Assembly: GCA_039683615.1 (NCBI GenBank) | Contig: JBDKRA010000017.1 | Location: 266,235 to 330,234 of the forward strand | Origin: Phycisphaerae bacterium | Lineage (GTDB): Bacteria; Planctomycetota; Phycisphaerae; SM23-33 | Direction of reading: 5' to 3' | Length of the DNA stretch: 64,000 bases | In this document: positions 51,391 through 61,197 of the stretch, piece by piece | Position numbering within the stretch: the first letter of the stretch is position 1 | How the letters are laid out: each line of letters opens with the position of its first letter | Program-made: the position numbers and the translations under genes | Notes under the pieces: model-generated | Databases searched by the model: none | The model's input: only the letters and a program-made list of their open reading frames with translations | Told to the model about the DNA's origin: nothing

Positions 51391-52274
51391 TAAGGCCGCC
51401 AGCCTTCAAAGATGATGTTGTCACACTCGCCGGCGAGTGCAGACTTGTCGGCCGCGGATCGGACCGTCCAGGCCAGCACCGGCAGGCCGCCGGCGCGTTT
51501 CTGGTTGACGGCCCAGGCCGGCAGGGCCCGCTTGTCGTAAGCGATGAACGACGGACGGCTTTGTCCGCTCAGCAGAAGATGCCGCAGGGCGACCTTCTGA
51601 TACCAGGGCATGTCCGGTTCGGCGGTGTCGGACGAGTTGAAATCCGTCGCCAGTTGTCCCCGGGCGATGCTCGGCCGGTGGGCGGCGAACCACTTGAGCG
51701 AGTAGGGATTGAACGACTGCACGGCAACCGCTCCGGCGTACTTATCCATTGCCACGGACAGGGCTTTCTCGAGCCGACGGTCGGTGCGGCTGCGGGATTT
51801 GATCTCGATCAGGATCGGCACGCGACCGTGAACCTGTGCGAAAAGATCCTCCAGCAGCGGCACGCGCTGGTCGGCGCCGCCCAGACGCAGTGCGGCGAGA
51901 TCGGTCGACGTGCATGCGCCCACGTCGCGCGAGTCGCCGGTCATTCGCTTGAGGTTGAAGTCGTGAAACACGGCCAGCCGCCCGTCGGCCAGCAGGTGCA
52001 CGTCCGTCTCGATGGGATATCCCGCAACCGCGGCGCGCTCAAACGCGGCCAGTGAGTTTTCCGGCGCCCCTGCGGCGGCATCGTGCAGCCCGCGATGCGC
52101 AATGGGCCGCTGCGTGATCCACACCGGCAGATTCCCCATCGGCGCGACGTGGCGCATCCAGATCGTCAAAGCGCCCCAAGCAGCGCTGCAGAGGATGATG
52201 AAAATGCACAACCACCTCGCAAGTCGCTTGAGTCGCGGGCGCCCCGCTGCTGTGATGTCGGAATCAGCATTCAT
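51390..52274 (-). CDS. Glycerophosphodiester phosphodiesterase family protein
   Basis: IAHRG, PENS, IETDV, VFHD, IEIK, QSFNP, AWTV. Confidence 0.9.
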   Translation of the reverse strand: MNADSDITAAGRPRLKRLARWLCIFIILCSAAWGALTIWMRHVAPMGNLPVWITQRPIAHRGLHDAAAGAPENSLAAFERAAVAGYPIETDVHLLADGRLAVFHDFNLKRMTGDSRDVGACTSTDLAALRLGGADQRVPLLEDLFAQVHGRVPILIEIKSRSRTDRRLEKALSVAMDKYAGAVAVQSFNPYSLKWFAAHRPSIARGQLATDFNSSDTAEPDMPWYQKVALRHLLLSGQSRPSFIAYDKRALPAWAVNQKRAGGLPVLAWTVRSAADKSALAGECDNIIFEGWRP

Positions 52275-52363
52275 CGGGCGCAATAGTAGCGGCGGAGGCA
52301 TCAAGTGAGAAGAAAAAGACTCTAAGCCGCAAGCGGAAAGCTAAACCCCGTGCGAAAGCAGCG

Positions 52364-52999
52364 TCAGTCTTTGAGTTCGACGTTCCAGTACGCCGCGTCG
52401 AGGAACTGTTTCCAGGAGGCGTATTTCAGGCTCGTCAGGCGCAGGGTGACGACAGGGGAGCGTTTGGGGCGCACGGGCTCGGTGATGAGTTTCATTCCGG
52501 CCTCTTCGGGCAGGCGTCCGCCCTTGCGGCTGTTGCACTCGACGCAGCAGCAGACGATGTTGGTCCAGGAGGCCCCGCCGCCGCGGCTTCGCGGGACGAT
52601 GTGGTCGAGGCTCAGTTCGGTGGTGGGGAACTTCTTGCCGCAGTACTGGCAGCGGTTTCGGTCGCGGGCGTAGATGTTGCGCCGCGTGAACTTGACGGGG
52701 ATCTTCGGCAGGCGATCGTAGAACAGCAGCCGCACGATGCGGGGCACGGCCAGCTCGAACTTCACGCAGCGCACCCAGTCATAGTGGTCGCGCTGGTACT
52801 TGGCTCGCTGCTCGCTGACCTCGCGCCAGGTATCGAAGTCGTAGGAGAGGTATTGGCTGTCCTCGACGGAGACGATCTCGGCGATGTTCTTGAACAACAT
52901 CGTCAGCGCCCGCCGCGCCGAGACAACATGCACGGCAGCATAGTGCCTGTTCAGCACCAGCACATTACTATCCAACGCACTGTATGTGCCAGCGGTCAT
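52364..52999 (-). CDS. HNH endonuclease
   Basis: RDRNRCQYCG, LDHIVPRSRGG, WTNIVCCCVECNSRKG. Confidence 0.9.
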   Translation of the reverse strand: MTAGTYSALDSNVLVLNRHYAAVHVVSARRALTMLFKNIAEIVSVEDSQYLSYDFDTWREVSEQRAKYQRDHYDWVRCVKFELAVPRIVRLLFYDRLPKIPVKFTRRNIYARDRNRCQYCGKKFPTTELSLDHIVPRSRGGGASWTNIVCCCVECNSRKGGRLPEEAGMKLITEPVRPKRSPVVTLRLTSLKYASWKQFLDAAYWNVELKD

Positions 53000-53050
53000 G
53001 TAGAAGAATATACCCACGCGGGGCGGGGTGTGCAATGACCGTTGTTGAGG

Positions 53051-53218
53051 GAGACGAGAAGACAAAACCGACGACGAGGACAAGGACGAAAAGAGAGAAC
53101 CACTCCAACGAGGCGGTCCCCATCTTCGTCTTTGCTGTCCCTGCAGTCCTTGTCGTCCTTTTCGGGTCCGGGCAAGAGAATGGGGACAGTCCCAGACAGC
53201 GGGACAGTCCCCATTTTC
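53051..53218. repeat. Mosaic of short repeats: ACGAGG-type hexamers, GTCCTTGTC-type nonamers and GGGACAGTCCC palindromes
   Basis: aaccgacgacgaggacaaggacg; gctgtccctgcagtccttgtcgtcctt; gaatggggacagtccc...gggacagtccccattttc. Confidence 0.7.
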
Positions 53219-55050
53219 TAACTCAGCTTCGCCTCGGTCAGTTTCAGGCCGCCGCGGGTTCGCTCGAACTTCACGACCGCCCGCCCGGCGTGGACGGTGA
53301 TTCGCCCGTCGGCGTTTTCGCTGATGGTGACTTTGCCGGTGATCTTATTGCGCGAGAAGACGCTGGCGATGCGCACCTGCGAGGCGGCGGCCGCCGCGGC
53401 GCAGAGGGTCGTGTGGCGTCCGCCGTGGAAGGCGCCGCGGGTGCTGATGTCCATCTCGACGGGCACGCTGGATGCGATGGCGAAGTGGACTCCGGCCTTG
53501 GCGCCGACGATGGCGCCGGACTGATCGAGCAGGTCCAGTTCGCCCAAGGTGTGCCAGAACAGTTCGACCGGTTCGGGCACGGCGTTGTCGACTTCGTCGA
53601 GCACGATGAGCTTCTGGCCGGCGCCCTTGGCGTCGAGCAGCATGACGATCTGCCGCAGGAATCGCACGTTGTCGCCGCAGGCGGTCTGGGCGTCGCAGGA
53701 GACCCAGCGGCTGGCGGCGTCCGACGAGCAGGCGGCGATGGTGCCTTGGCTGTCCATCTGGTGGTCGCGCCGCCCGACCGTCAGCGTGTTGTGCGCCCGG
53801 GCCTGCACGTGATAGAGGCTGCCGCGCTGGGCGCCGAAGTGCTCGGCCGTGAACGACGGGCTGCCCGGATCGATCAGCAGCATCTCGCCGTCGACCTGGA
53901 GCTGCAGGCTGTTGATGTCGTGGTGGGCGTGATTGGCCGAAAGGTCGCCGCTGCGGATGGCGGCGTAGAACGCCGGTCGCGGCCACTGATCCGCCATCGC
54001 CGCCAGTCCGGCGGCCGTGAAGGGCTTGACCGGCTCCATCTGGACGCTCTGGGGCGTGGCCAGGCCGGCCGGACGCATCAGCAGCGAAAATCCGCCGGTG
54101 GAATATCCGCCGGCGGAAATATCGTGCGGCGAGCTGTATGTGTCGAGCCACCATAGCAGCGGCTGGCACTGATGGTGTTTGACCAGCAGGTACAGCGCGC
54201 CGTGGAGCGGGATGGACCAGGAGTCGCCAAAGCCCACGGCGTGAGCATTGGGCGAGAAGTACACCGGGAACTCGCCGGTAGCGCTCATGCCCCGCGCGTG
54301 CAGGATGCGCTGGTCGTCATCGAGGCGGGCTGCGGCCTCGCCCAGCAGCAGGACGTACCGCATGGCGTAGCCCCAGAAGTCCGGCCCCTCGTCCCAGCCA
54401 CCCTGGCCGCTCAGGGCGTCGAAGAAATGTTTGAGCCCGGCCATCGCCATCTCGCGCACAGGCGCACCGAGCGGGTCGTCGTCCTCGACGGCCATCGCCG
54501 CCAAGGCCATCCCGCCGTTGATGACGGCGTTCCAATTGTGATAGCACGTGTGCCACCAGGTGTTCTGGGCCACCGCGCCGCGATAGGGGCCCAGCGCGTT
54601 GTTCGAGACGGCCTCGAGCACGTGGCGGCGGTCGGCGTCGCGCATGTCCTCCCACAGCCAGTCCAGTCCCAGCACCGCCGCCACGGCCGCCTCGGCGGTG
54701 CAGAGGTCGGCCGCCATGTCGCCGTGGCAGGGGTCGAGCCACTGGCTCCACGAGGCGAGATTCTTGAGCTCCTCGATCGCGCGGTCGCGAAAGGCTGCGT
54801 TGGGGTCGATGTGATGGGCGATGGCCAGGTCGAGGATGCGACCCTGCGTGGCGCGAGCGGCCAGCAGGGCCGAGCACCACTGCCCGCCCCGCCAGGACGA
54901 ATCCCACTGCATTTGCGAGATGGGCGCGGTTTCCAGGATCAGGCCGCATCGCTTGTGCAGGCGCTGGTAGATCTGGTCGAAGGGGCGCTGCGAGATTCTG
55001 CTCCGCAGGGCAGTCAGTTCGTCACGCGTTGCCAGCAGACCTCGTCGCAT
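53218..55050 (-). CDS. Heparinase II/III-like polysaccharide lyase
   Basis: HNWNAV, WDEGPDFWGY, HAHHDINS, LLIDPG, AHNTL. Confidence 0.82.
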   Translation of the reverse strand: MRRGLLATRDELTALRSRISQRPFDQIYQRLHKRCGLILETAPISQMQWDSSWRGGQWCSALLAARATQGRILDLAIAHHIDPNAAFRDRAIEELKNLASWSQWLDPCHGDMAADLCTAEAAVAAVLGLDWLWEDMRDADRRHVLEAVSNNALGPYRGAVAQNTWWHTCYHNWNAVINGGMALAAMAVEDDDPLGAPVREMAMAGLKHFFDALSGQGGWDEGPDFWGYAMRYVLLLGEAAARLDDDQRILHARGMSATGEFPVYFSPNAHAVGFGDSWSIPLHGALYLLVKHHQCQPLLWWLDTYSSPHDISAGGYSTGGFSLLMRPAGLATPQSVQMEPVKPFTAAGLAAMADQWPRPAFYAAIRSGDLSANHAHHDINSLQLQVDGEMLLIDPGSPSFTAEHFGAQRGSLYHVQARAHNTLTVGRRDHQMDSQGTIAACSSDAASRWVSCDAQTACGDNVRFLRQIVMLLDAKGAGQKLIVLDEVDNAVPEPVELFWHTLGELDLLDQSGAIVGAKAGVHFAIASSVPVEMDISTRGAFHGGRHTTLCAAAAAASQVRIASVFSRNKITGKVTISENADGRITVHAGRAVVKFERTRGGLKLTEAKLS

Positions 55051-55053
55051 AAT

Positions 55054-55139
55054 GTCCTCGTTCTCGTCCTCGTCGTTCTTCGTCCTCGTCGTCGGTTGTT
55101 TCCCCGGCACCAAAAACCGAGGACGACGACGAGGAGGAT
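55054..55139. repeat. Inverted hexamer arrays (CTCGTC / GACGAG)
   Basis: gtcctcgttctcgtcctcgtcgttcttcgtcctcgtcgtcggtt ... aaccgaggacgacgacgaggagg. Confidence 0.75.
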
Positions 55140-55313
55140 CTCGGAAGCCGGCTCGCCTTCCCCGCTCAGGATAGCCCACCCGGCGAAAAAGGCAAAGGCT
55201 TTTGCCCTCGGGCGTTGCACGTGGTATCGTGTTGCGCCCGATGAGCGCTCGCCCATGCGGTATAATGGGTTGCGGCGACGGAGTGTCGCCGTCTCAAACG
55301 GTGGAAGCGACGT

Positions 55314-55910
55314 TTGCCCACAATCGAGCACATTCCGCAGGATATCCAGTTTCTCCAGCGCTATCTCGATGGCGATCAGGAAGCCTTCGCTGCCTTGATC
55401 GACCTCTACCGCAATGAATTGTATAACTTCCTGGCCCGCTTCACCGGCGATCCGGCGCTGGCCGAGGACATTTTTCAGGAAACTTTTCTGCAGCTTCATC
55501 TCTCCGCCGCCCTGTTCGACCAGACCAAACGCCTCAAGCCCTGGCTATTCACCATCGCCGCCAACAAGGCCCGCGACGCCCTCCGCAGCCGCTCGCGCCG
55601 CCGGGCGGTCTCGCTTGATGTGGCCGTCGATTCCAGCGCCGAGAGCATCTCGTACGGCAACCTCATTCCCTCCGATGTTCCCCCGCCGGAAGAAAGTCTT
55701 TCGAACCTTGAGGTCCAGGAGGCCGTACAGAATATTGTTGATGAGATGCCGGAGCATCTGCGCGTGGTGCTGTTGATGAGCTATTTCCACGGGATGCCCT
55801 ATAAGGAGATCGCGGAAATACTGGATGCACCGCTCGGTACCATCAAATCGAGGATACATGCGGCAGTGTCGCTTTTTGCACAAAAATGGAGGGCCTCTGC
55901 GAAGAGGTAG
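55314..55910 (+). CDS. ECF RNA polymerase sigma factor
   Basis: AEDIFQETF, KPWLFTIAANKARD, YKEIAEILDAPLGTIKSRIH. Confidence 0.92.
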   Translation: MPTIEHIPQDIQFLQRYLDGDQEAFAALIDLYRNELYNFLARFTGDPALAEDIFQETFLQLHLSAALFDQTKRLKPWLFTIAANKARDALRSRSRRRAVSLDVAVDSSAESISYGNLIPSDVPPPEESLSNLEVQEAVQNIVDEMPEHLRVVLLMSYFHGMPYKEIAEILDAPLGTIKSRIHAAVSLFAQKWRASAKR

Positions 55911-55915
55911 ATGAC

Positions 55916-56932
55916 ATGGCGATTGGACAAGAAGACCAGGCGCTGTTGATCGACCTTCTCCTGGGCCAGGACGGCGAGCATGTCGACGCCGTAAAACGGC
56001 GCCTCGACGCCGAACCTGATTTGCGAGAACTTCACGATAGCATCGCCAATGCGCTGTCGGCCGCCAAACGCCTCCCGCCCGTGGCCCCGCCGGACGACCT
56101 TGTCCAGAAAACCCTTCACCGCATCCGCCAGTACCAGCACACTAACGAATTGCTCGCGCGCGAGCAGATCGGCCGCACCGTGCGACGCCCGACGTTTTCG
56201 CTGCGCGAACTGGCAGCCGTGGCGGCGATCTTGTTGGTGCTCGTCAGCGTCTTTGGCATGTGGCGCAGCGAGGCTCGCCAGAAAGAGCTCTCGATCCTGT
56301 GCCAGGGGCAACTGGGCCAGATCGGCACCGGCATGACCGCCTACGCGCACGCCAACGACGGGTTCCTGCCCGCCGCCCGCGCTCAGGCGGGGCGATGGCT
56401 CGACGGTTCGGCCCGCGCCGCGGCCAGCAACTCCAGCGCGTTGTTCCGCCTGGTCTCCTCCGGATACGTCGACCAGCGGGCGTTTCGCTGCCCGGGCGCC
56501 GCGCAGGAGCGCCCGCGTGTCGAATACGATGCACGATCGCTAAGGGACTTTCCCCAAGCCGACGACGTGACCTATTCCTATCAGCACAGCCTGGGCAGCC
56601 GCGGGCTGTCCATCGTGCAGATGGGCAACCTCGCCGGCTCGATGGCCATTCTCGCCGACCGCACCCCGGTCTTCGCCGGCGGGCGATTCGTCCGCAGCAG
56701 CGTCGAGAACCATCGCGCCGGGCGGCTGGTCAGCCCCAACCACGATGAGAGCGGGCAGAACGTCCTTTACCTGAACATGCGATCGGCCTGGTCGAGCGGG
56801 CCGCTGGTGGGCGTCAATGGCGACAACATCTACCTCGCCGGCGATATCACTGACTACCGCGGAGACGAAAAACCCGTCAGCGACACCGACACCTTCCTCC
56901 TGCCGGACTTCTGCAGTACCCCGCAGCCATGA
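55916..56932 (+). CDS. Anti-sigma factor fused to a pilin-like DUF1559/H-X9-DG-type domain
   Basis: Follows the sigma gene; LIDLLLGQ N-domain; FSLRELAAVAAIL; CQGQLGQIGTGMTAYA..NDGFLP; FRCP; NHDESGQNVLY. Confidence 0.75.
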   Translation: MAIGQEDQALLIDLLLGQDGEHVDAVKRRLDAEPDLRELHDSIANALSAAKRLPPVAPPDDLVQKTLHRIRQYQHTNELLAREQIGRTVRRPTFSLRELAAVAAILLVLVSVFGMWRSEARQKELSILCQGQLGQIGTGMTAYAHANDGFLPAARAQAGRWLDGSARAAASNSSALFRLVSSGYVDQRAFRCPGAAQERPRVEYDARSLRDFPQADDVTYSYQHSLGSRGLSIVQMGNLAGSMAILADRTPVFAGGRFVRSSVENHRAGRLVSPNHDESGQNVLYLNMRSAWSSGPLVGVNGDNIYLAGDITDYRGDEKPVSDTDTFLLPDFCSTPQP

Positions 56933-56945
56933 GCGGCATGCAGAA

Positions 56946-59360
56946 CTACTCGAACACGAACCAGTCGACGAACCCGCCGCCGGAGAAGACCAGGTAGAGC
57001 ATGTGTGCGCCGGCAGTGGGCGCGGCCGGGGCGGTGTGGATTTGCGTGCCTTTGGCGCCGGCGCTCTTGACCGTCGCGATCACCGGGCCGGTCGGGCTGT
57101 CGAGGCGGGCGGTCACGGTGATGTCCTTGCCCAGGTCAGCGAAGAGTTTGAAGGTCTTGTGCCCGCCTTTGCCGAAGTCCACGTTGGCGTATCGGGCCCA
57201 GGACCCATCGCCCATGTTGTAGATGCCCGTTCCGCCGGCGGTGCGCAGCGCCTGCATGCGGTCGAAGTCCTCGGCCTGGATTCGCTCGCCGGCGTCCTTG
57301 CGGAACATCAGCGACTTGTCGAAGGGGAAGTCCGCCGTCAGCCCGATCTTCTCCAGCGGGATCGGCTTGAACCCCAGCTTGAGGGCCGGGCTGGCTGGCT
57401 TGAGGGCGTAGTCTGTGTACGTCGAATCCCACGCCGCGCGCTTGCGGTCGAACTGCGGGTCCTCCTGCACGCTGTGCTTGTCGAAGCCGTGCTGGTGGAA
57501 ATCGCGGTGCGGCGGGAAGATCACGTTGTAGTCGATCTCCTTGATCCGGGCCGCCCGGTTATTGCCGGTGGTGTACAGGCCGCCGCGCATGTTGAAAATG
57601 TTGTGAGCCACCGAGATGTTCCCGCCCGGCTCGTACTGCGGAAAGATCGTGATCATGCGGCCGAAGCTGCTGTCGGCTACGATGTTGTTCACCAGGGCGT
57701 TGTCGAGCCCCTTGAGGTTCGTCAGGCCGAACAGCCCGCCGCCGTAGCAGTGATAGACGACGTTGCCCTGCAGCGTGAGGTACTGGCTGCCGTCGTCGCC
57801 GTAGATCACGAATCCGTAGCCGTTCCAGTCCACCGCCTTGTCGATGTCGTGCAGGGCGTTGTACTCCCACACGCAGTCGCGCCCGACCCCCCAGCTCTCG
57901 ATGGCCCCGCAGTCGTGGCTGTCGCGGCAGACATTGGAGATGTCGTTGTACGCCACGCGGACGTTGCGGCCGTGCGCGGCTTCGAAGTACGTCTCGAGCG
58001 TCTTGGGCTTGCCGTAGAGCGTCTTGCCCAGTGCGCCCATCCGCAGGCCCTTGTAGCTGACCCCGTACCGCGGCGCGCGGGCGATGCGGTTATGCGAAAT
58101 CTCGTTGTCGCCGCTCTGGTAAAACTGGATGCCCACGCCGTGGCCGGCGAAGAGCCCGCAGTCGTGAATGAAATTGTTCGTGATGACGTGACCCTTGTTC
58201 ACGTCCGACTCGGCGGCCGACTTGAACTGCGGATCGCCCTGCCGGAAGCCGCACATGTAAATGCCCGCGAAGCCCGCACGCTCGATCCAGCAGTTCTTGA
58301 CCGTGTTGTTCTTCGCACGCCCGGCCATGTAGACGCCCGCCATGCCGGGGTTGAGAATCTTGCAGCCGTCAATCGTGATGTGGTGGGCGTTCTCGATGTG
58401 GATCGCGCCGTTGGCGTCGGAGAAGCTGTTGTTGCCCGAGAGGCCGAAGCTCGATGAGAAGTCCGCCCCGCCAATGGTCAGCCCTTCGATGCGGATGTTG
58501 GAGACCTGCTTATCGGGCCCGCTGCCGCGAATGTCAAAGACGCGCGGGGCGGTCGGGGCGATGATCTCCTGACGCTCGATGGGCCCCCGCGGCCAATAGT
58601 ACAGCCAGCCTTCCTTGTGCTTGAGGCACCATTCGCCCGGTTCGTCCAGCAGCTCGAGCACGCCGGCGATCCACGCGCGGCCGCCGTAGGGCTCCAGCCC
58701 CGCCTGGGGGCTCAGCGTCAGGCGGCGCGCCGCGAAGTCGACGGCCGTCACCTGGCAGAAGTTCGAGAACCAGTTGCTCTTCATCCAGACAAAGACATTG
58801 GCGTCGGCGAAGTCGAACGTGGCCGGGAGTACGCCCTCGGGATAAAAGTACCCGTCGCGCCCCGCGCCCTTTCCGCCCAGATACCCGCTGCCGCGGTTAG
58901 GCGTACGGGCCATCGGTTCGTCGCGCAGGCCGTTGAAGAGCTGAAAAAAACGCCGCCCCTTCTCAACCGGCGCGCGATAAATCTCGCCCTTCCATTTCTG
59001 CCAGCCGGTAATCGGCCGCCCCGAATACAGCACCGCCTGCTCGCCTGCGGCTGCTTTATAGATGACAAAATGCCCACCCCGCCCGCCGTCGCGCTCGTCC
59101 AGCCGTAGCGGCTCAGCCAGAAGATACTTGCCCCCATGTAGCACAACGACGGCGTCTTCCGTCATCCCGCCGGCAATCTTAGCCCGCACCGCCTCGCGCG
59201 CCCGAGCGAGCGTGGCAAACGGTGCCGCAGCCGTCCCCGCCGCCGCATCATTGCCGGAGGGGGAAACATAAATCTCGCCCGCTCTGGCCAGCGGTTGCGC
59301 AACCGCCGCCAGAAGAATCGCTATTGCGGCTGCCGTTGGAATATCCATCAACAACTTCAT
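56946..59360 (-). CDS. Secreted right-handed beta-helix protein with C-terminal CBM6-like module
   Basis: IYVSPSGND...APFATL; parallel beta-helix repeats; IQAEDF...YANVDFG...RLDSPTG...VDWFVF. Confidence 0.82.
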   Translation of the reverse strand: MKLLMDIPTAAAIAILLAAVAQPLARAGEIYVSPSGNDAAAGTAAAPFATLARAREAVRAKIAGGMTEDAVVVLHGGKYLLAEPLRLDERDGGRGGHFVIYKAAAGEQAVLYSGRPITGWQKWKGEIYRAPVEKGRRFFQLFNGLRDEPMARTPNRGSGYLGGKGAGRDGYFYPEGVLPATFDFADANVFVWMKSNWFSNFCQVTAVDFAARRLTLSPQAGLEPYGGRAWIAGVLELLDEPGEWCLKHKEGWLYYWPRGPIERQEIIAPTAPRVFDIRGSGPDKQVSNIRIEGLTIGGADFSSSFGLSGNNSFSDANGAIHIENAHHITIDGCKILNPGMAGVYMAGRAKNNTVKNCWIERAGFAGIYMCGFRQGDPQFKSAAESDVNKGHVITNNFIHDCGLFAGHGVGIQFYQSGDNEISHNRIARAPRYGVSYKGLRMGALGKTLYGKPKTLETYFEAAHGRNVRVAYNDISNVCRDSHDCGAIESWGVGRDCVWEYNALHDIDKAVDWNGYGFVIYGDDGSQYLTLQGNVVYHCYGGGLFGLTNLKGLDNALVNNIVADSSFGRMITIFPQYEPGGNISVAHNIFNMRGGLYTTGNNRAARIKEIDYNVIFPPHRDFHQHGFDKHSVQEDPQFDRKRAAWDSTYTDYALKPASPALKLGFKPIPLEKIGLTADFPFDKSLMFRKDAGERIQAEDFDRMQALRTAGGTGIYNMGDGSWARYANVDFGKGGHKTFKLFADLGKDITVTARLDSPTGPVIATVKSAGAKGTQIHTAPAAPTAGAHMLYLVFSGGGFVDWFVFE

Positions 59361-59529
59361 GATTAAGTCAACCCGCCAGCCCGTGTTACGGTGCCGCTGG
59401 AAAAATCTGTCGTTCACCTGAAGTCGGCTGCGCAACTAGACGATACCAGAACTACAAGGACTCTCTTCTTTTCCTTACTGTGACGCTTGGCTGTTCTTTC
59501 TTTTTGGGTTGTGTTAAAAGGAGTCTGGG

Positions 59530-60483
59530 GTGAAACTGAGCATTGTAATTCCCTGTTTCAACGAAGAGCAGGCCTTGGGGATCACGGCGCAGCGCCTGAA
59601 GTCTTTGTGTGAGGGCTGGGTCCGCCAGGGCGTGATTGAGTCGTACGAACAACTCTACGTCGACGATGGCTCCAGCGACGGGACGCCAAGGATTCTCCAG
59701 GAAATGTCAGAACGGGATCCGACTGTCCGGGTGGTGCTGCTGAGCCGCAACTTCGGTCATCAGGCCGCTCTGCTGGCGGGTCTTCATCATGCCACTGGCG
59801 ATGCGGTCGTCTCTCTTGACGCTGATCTACAGGACCCGCCAGAGGTCATCGAGCAGATGATTGCGAAAGTGGCTGAAGGATGCGACATCGTCTACGCCGC
59901 CCGCAGCTCGCGCGAGACGGACACCTTTTCCAAACGAACGACGGCTCGGGGGTATTACAAACTGCTGAAACGGCTGGGGGTGCCGCTCATCCACGATTCA
60001 GCAGACTTCCGGATGATCACGCGGCGCGTGGTCGAAACGCTTCGCAATTTCCGGGAAGTGAATCTGTTTCTGCGCGGAATGTTCCCGATGATGGGTTTCC
60101 GCAACTGCGTGCTTTATTATGAGCGACAACAGCGGGTGGCGGGGGAGACAAAATATCCGCTGCGCAAGATGCTGGCGCTGGCCGTCGAAGGCATCACCTC
60201 GTTCACATATGTTCCCCTGCGGCTGGCCTTTGCCGCCGGTGCGATCCTCTTTCTAGTTTCTCTCCTGATGGGGCTTTGGGTTCTGATGGCAGCTGTGGTC
60301 GGCAGCACGATCCCAGGATGGGCGTCGTTGGCTCTGCCGCTGTACACCTTCAGCGGGCTGCAGATGATGCTGGTGGGGATGCTCGGGGAATATGTCGGTA
60401 AAACGTATATGGAAGTCAAGGCGAGGCCGCCTTACATCGTCGACCGCCTGCTGAACGGGCCACCTGTCGGGACAGCTTTATGA
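59530..60483 (+). CDS. GT2 polyprenol-phosphate glycosyltransferase (GtrB/ArnC-like)
   Basis: IPCFNEE, VDDGSSD, LSRNFGHQAA, DADLQDPP; two C-terminal TM helices. Confidence 0.92.
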   Translation: MKLSIVIPCFNEEQALGITAQRLKSLCEGWVRQGVIESYEQLYVDDGSSDGTPRILQEMSERDPTVRVVLLSRNFGHQAALLAGLHHATGDAVVSLDADLQDPPEVIEQMIAKVAEGCDIVYAARSSRETDTFSKRTTARGYYKLLKRLGVPLIHDSADFRMITRRVVETLRNFREVNLFLRGMFPMMGFRNCVLYYERQQRVAGETKYPLRKMLALAVEGITSFTYVPLRLAFAAGAILFLVSLLMGLWVLMAAVVGSTIPGWASLALPLYTFSGLQMMLVGMLGEYVGKTYMEVKARPPYIVDRLLNGPPVGTAL

Positions 60484-61166
60484 GTAACTCGAACGATTAC
60501 AGCGATGGCTACTGCCAAAGAGTTCAGGCATCACAAGCCTTCATCGGCAATCGGCATCAATTCTTCATCCGTCTGAAGGCTGAGCACTTCCTGGACCTGT
60601 CGTCCCGGCACGTGGGAGATCCGGCGAAACTCAAGATACTGGATTTTGGATGCGGTATCGGGTTGGCGGCAGCCGTGCTGGCTGAAAAAGTAGCTCAATA
60701 CCATGGAATCGATATCTCGCAATCCGGTATCGAGCGGGCACGGGCGGCGGTGCCCCAAGGGCAGTTTATCAGCTACGAAGGAAAGACCCTCCCGTACCGG
60801 GATAATGCCTTTGATGCCGCTTTCTCTATGTGCGTCTTTCATCACATTCCTCCGCAGCAGTGGACCGGCGCGGCCGGCGAACTGATGCGGGTCGTGCGGC
60901 CGGGAGGGTTGGTGGCGCTGTTTGACCATAATCCCTGGAATCCGCTGACGCGCCTGGCTGTGGCAAGATGCGATTTTGATCAGGACGCGACATTGCTGAG
61001 GGCTGGCAAGGCCGAAGAGCTACTGCGCGGCGGAGACTGCCGGATCGTTCAGAAGCGGTTCATTCTGTTGACACCATTCGATGGAAAATTGTGGCGGTGG
61101 CTGGACTTTTCGCTGGGAAATCTGCCGCTGGGGGCCCAGTACTGCATAGCAGCCACACGGCATTGA
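60480..61166 (+). CDS. Class I SAM-dependent methyltransferase
   Basis: ILDFGCGIG, VFHHIP, HNPWNPLT, PLGAQY. Confidence 0.88.
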   Translation: MSNSNDYSDGYCQRVQASQAFIGNRHQFFIRLKAEHFLDLSSRHVGDPAKLKILDFGCGIGLAAAVLAEKVAQYHGIDISQSGIERARAAVPQGQFISYEGKTLPYRDNAFDAAFSMCVFHHIPPQQWTGAAGELMRVVRPGGLVALFDHNPWNPLTRLAVARCDFDQDATLLRAGKAEELLRGGDCRIVQKRFILLTPFDGKLWRWLDFSLGNLPLGAQYCIAATRH

Positions 61167-61197
61167 GTTGCCGGAAAGAGAACCCAAGAGACAAACT

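Noticed and set aside
52364-52999. HNH nuclease as part of a defence or RNA-guided system
   Set aside because: It looks like the common stand-alone HNH family; no methylase, array or RuvC domain nearby
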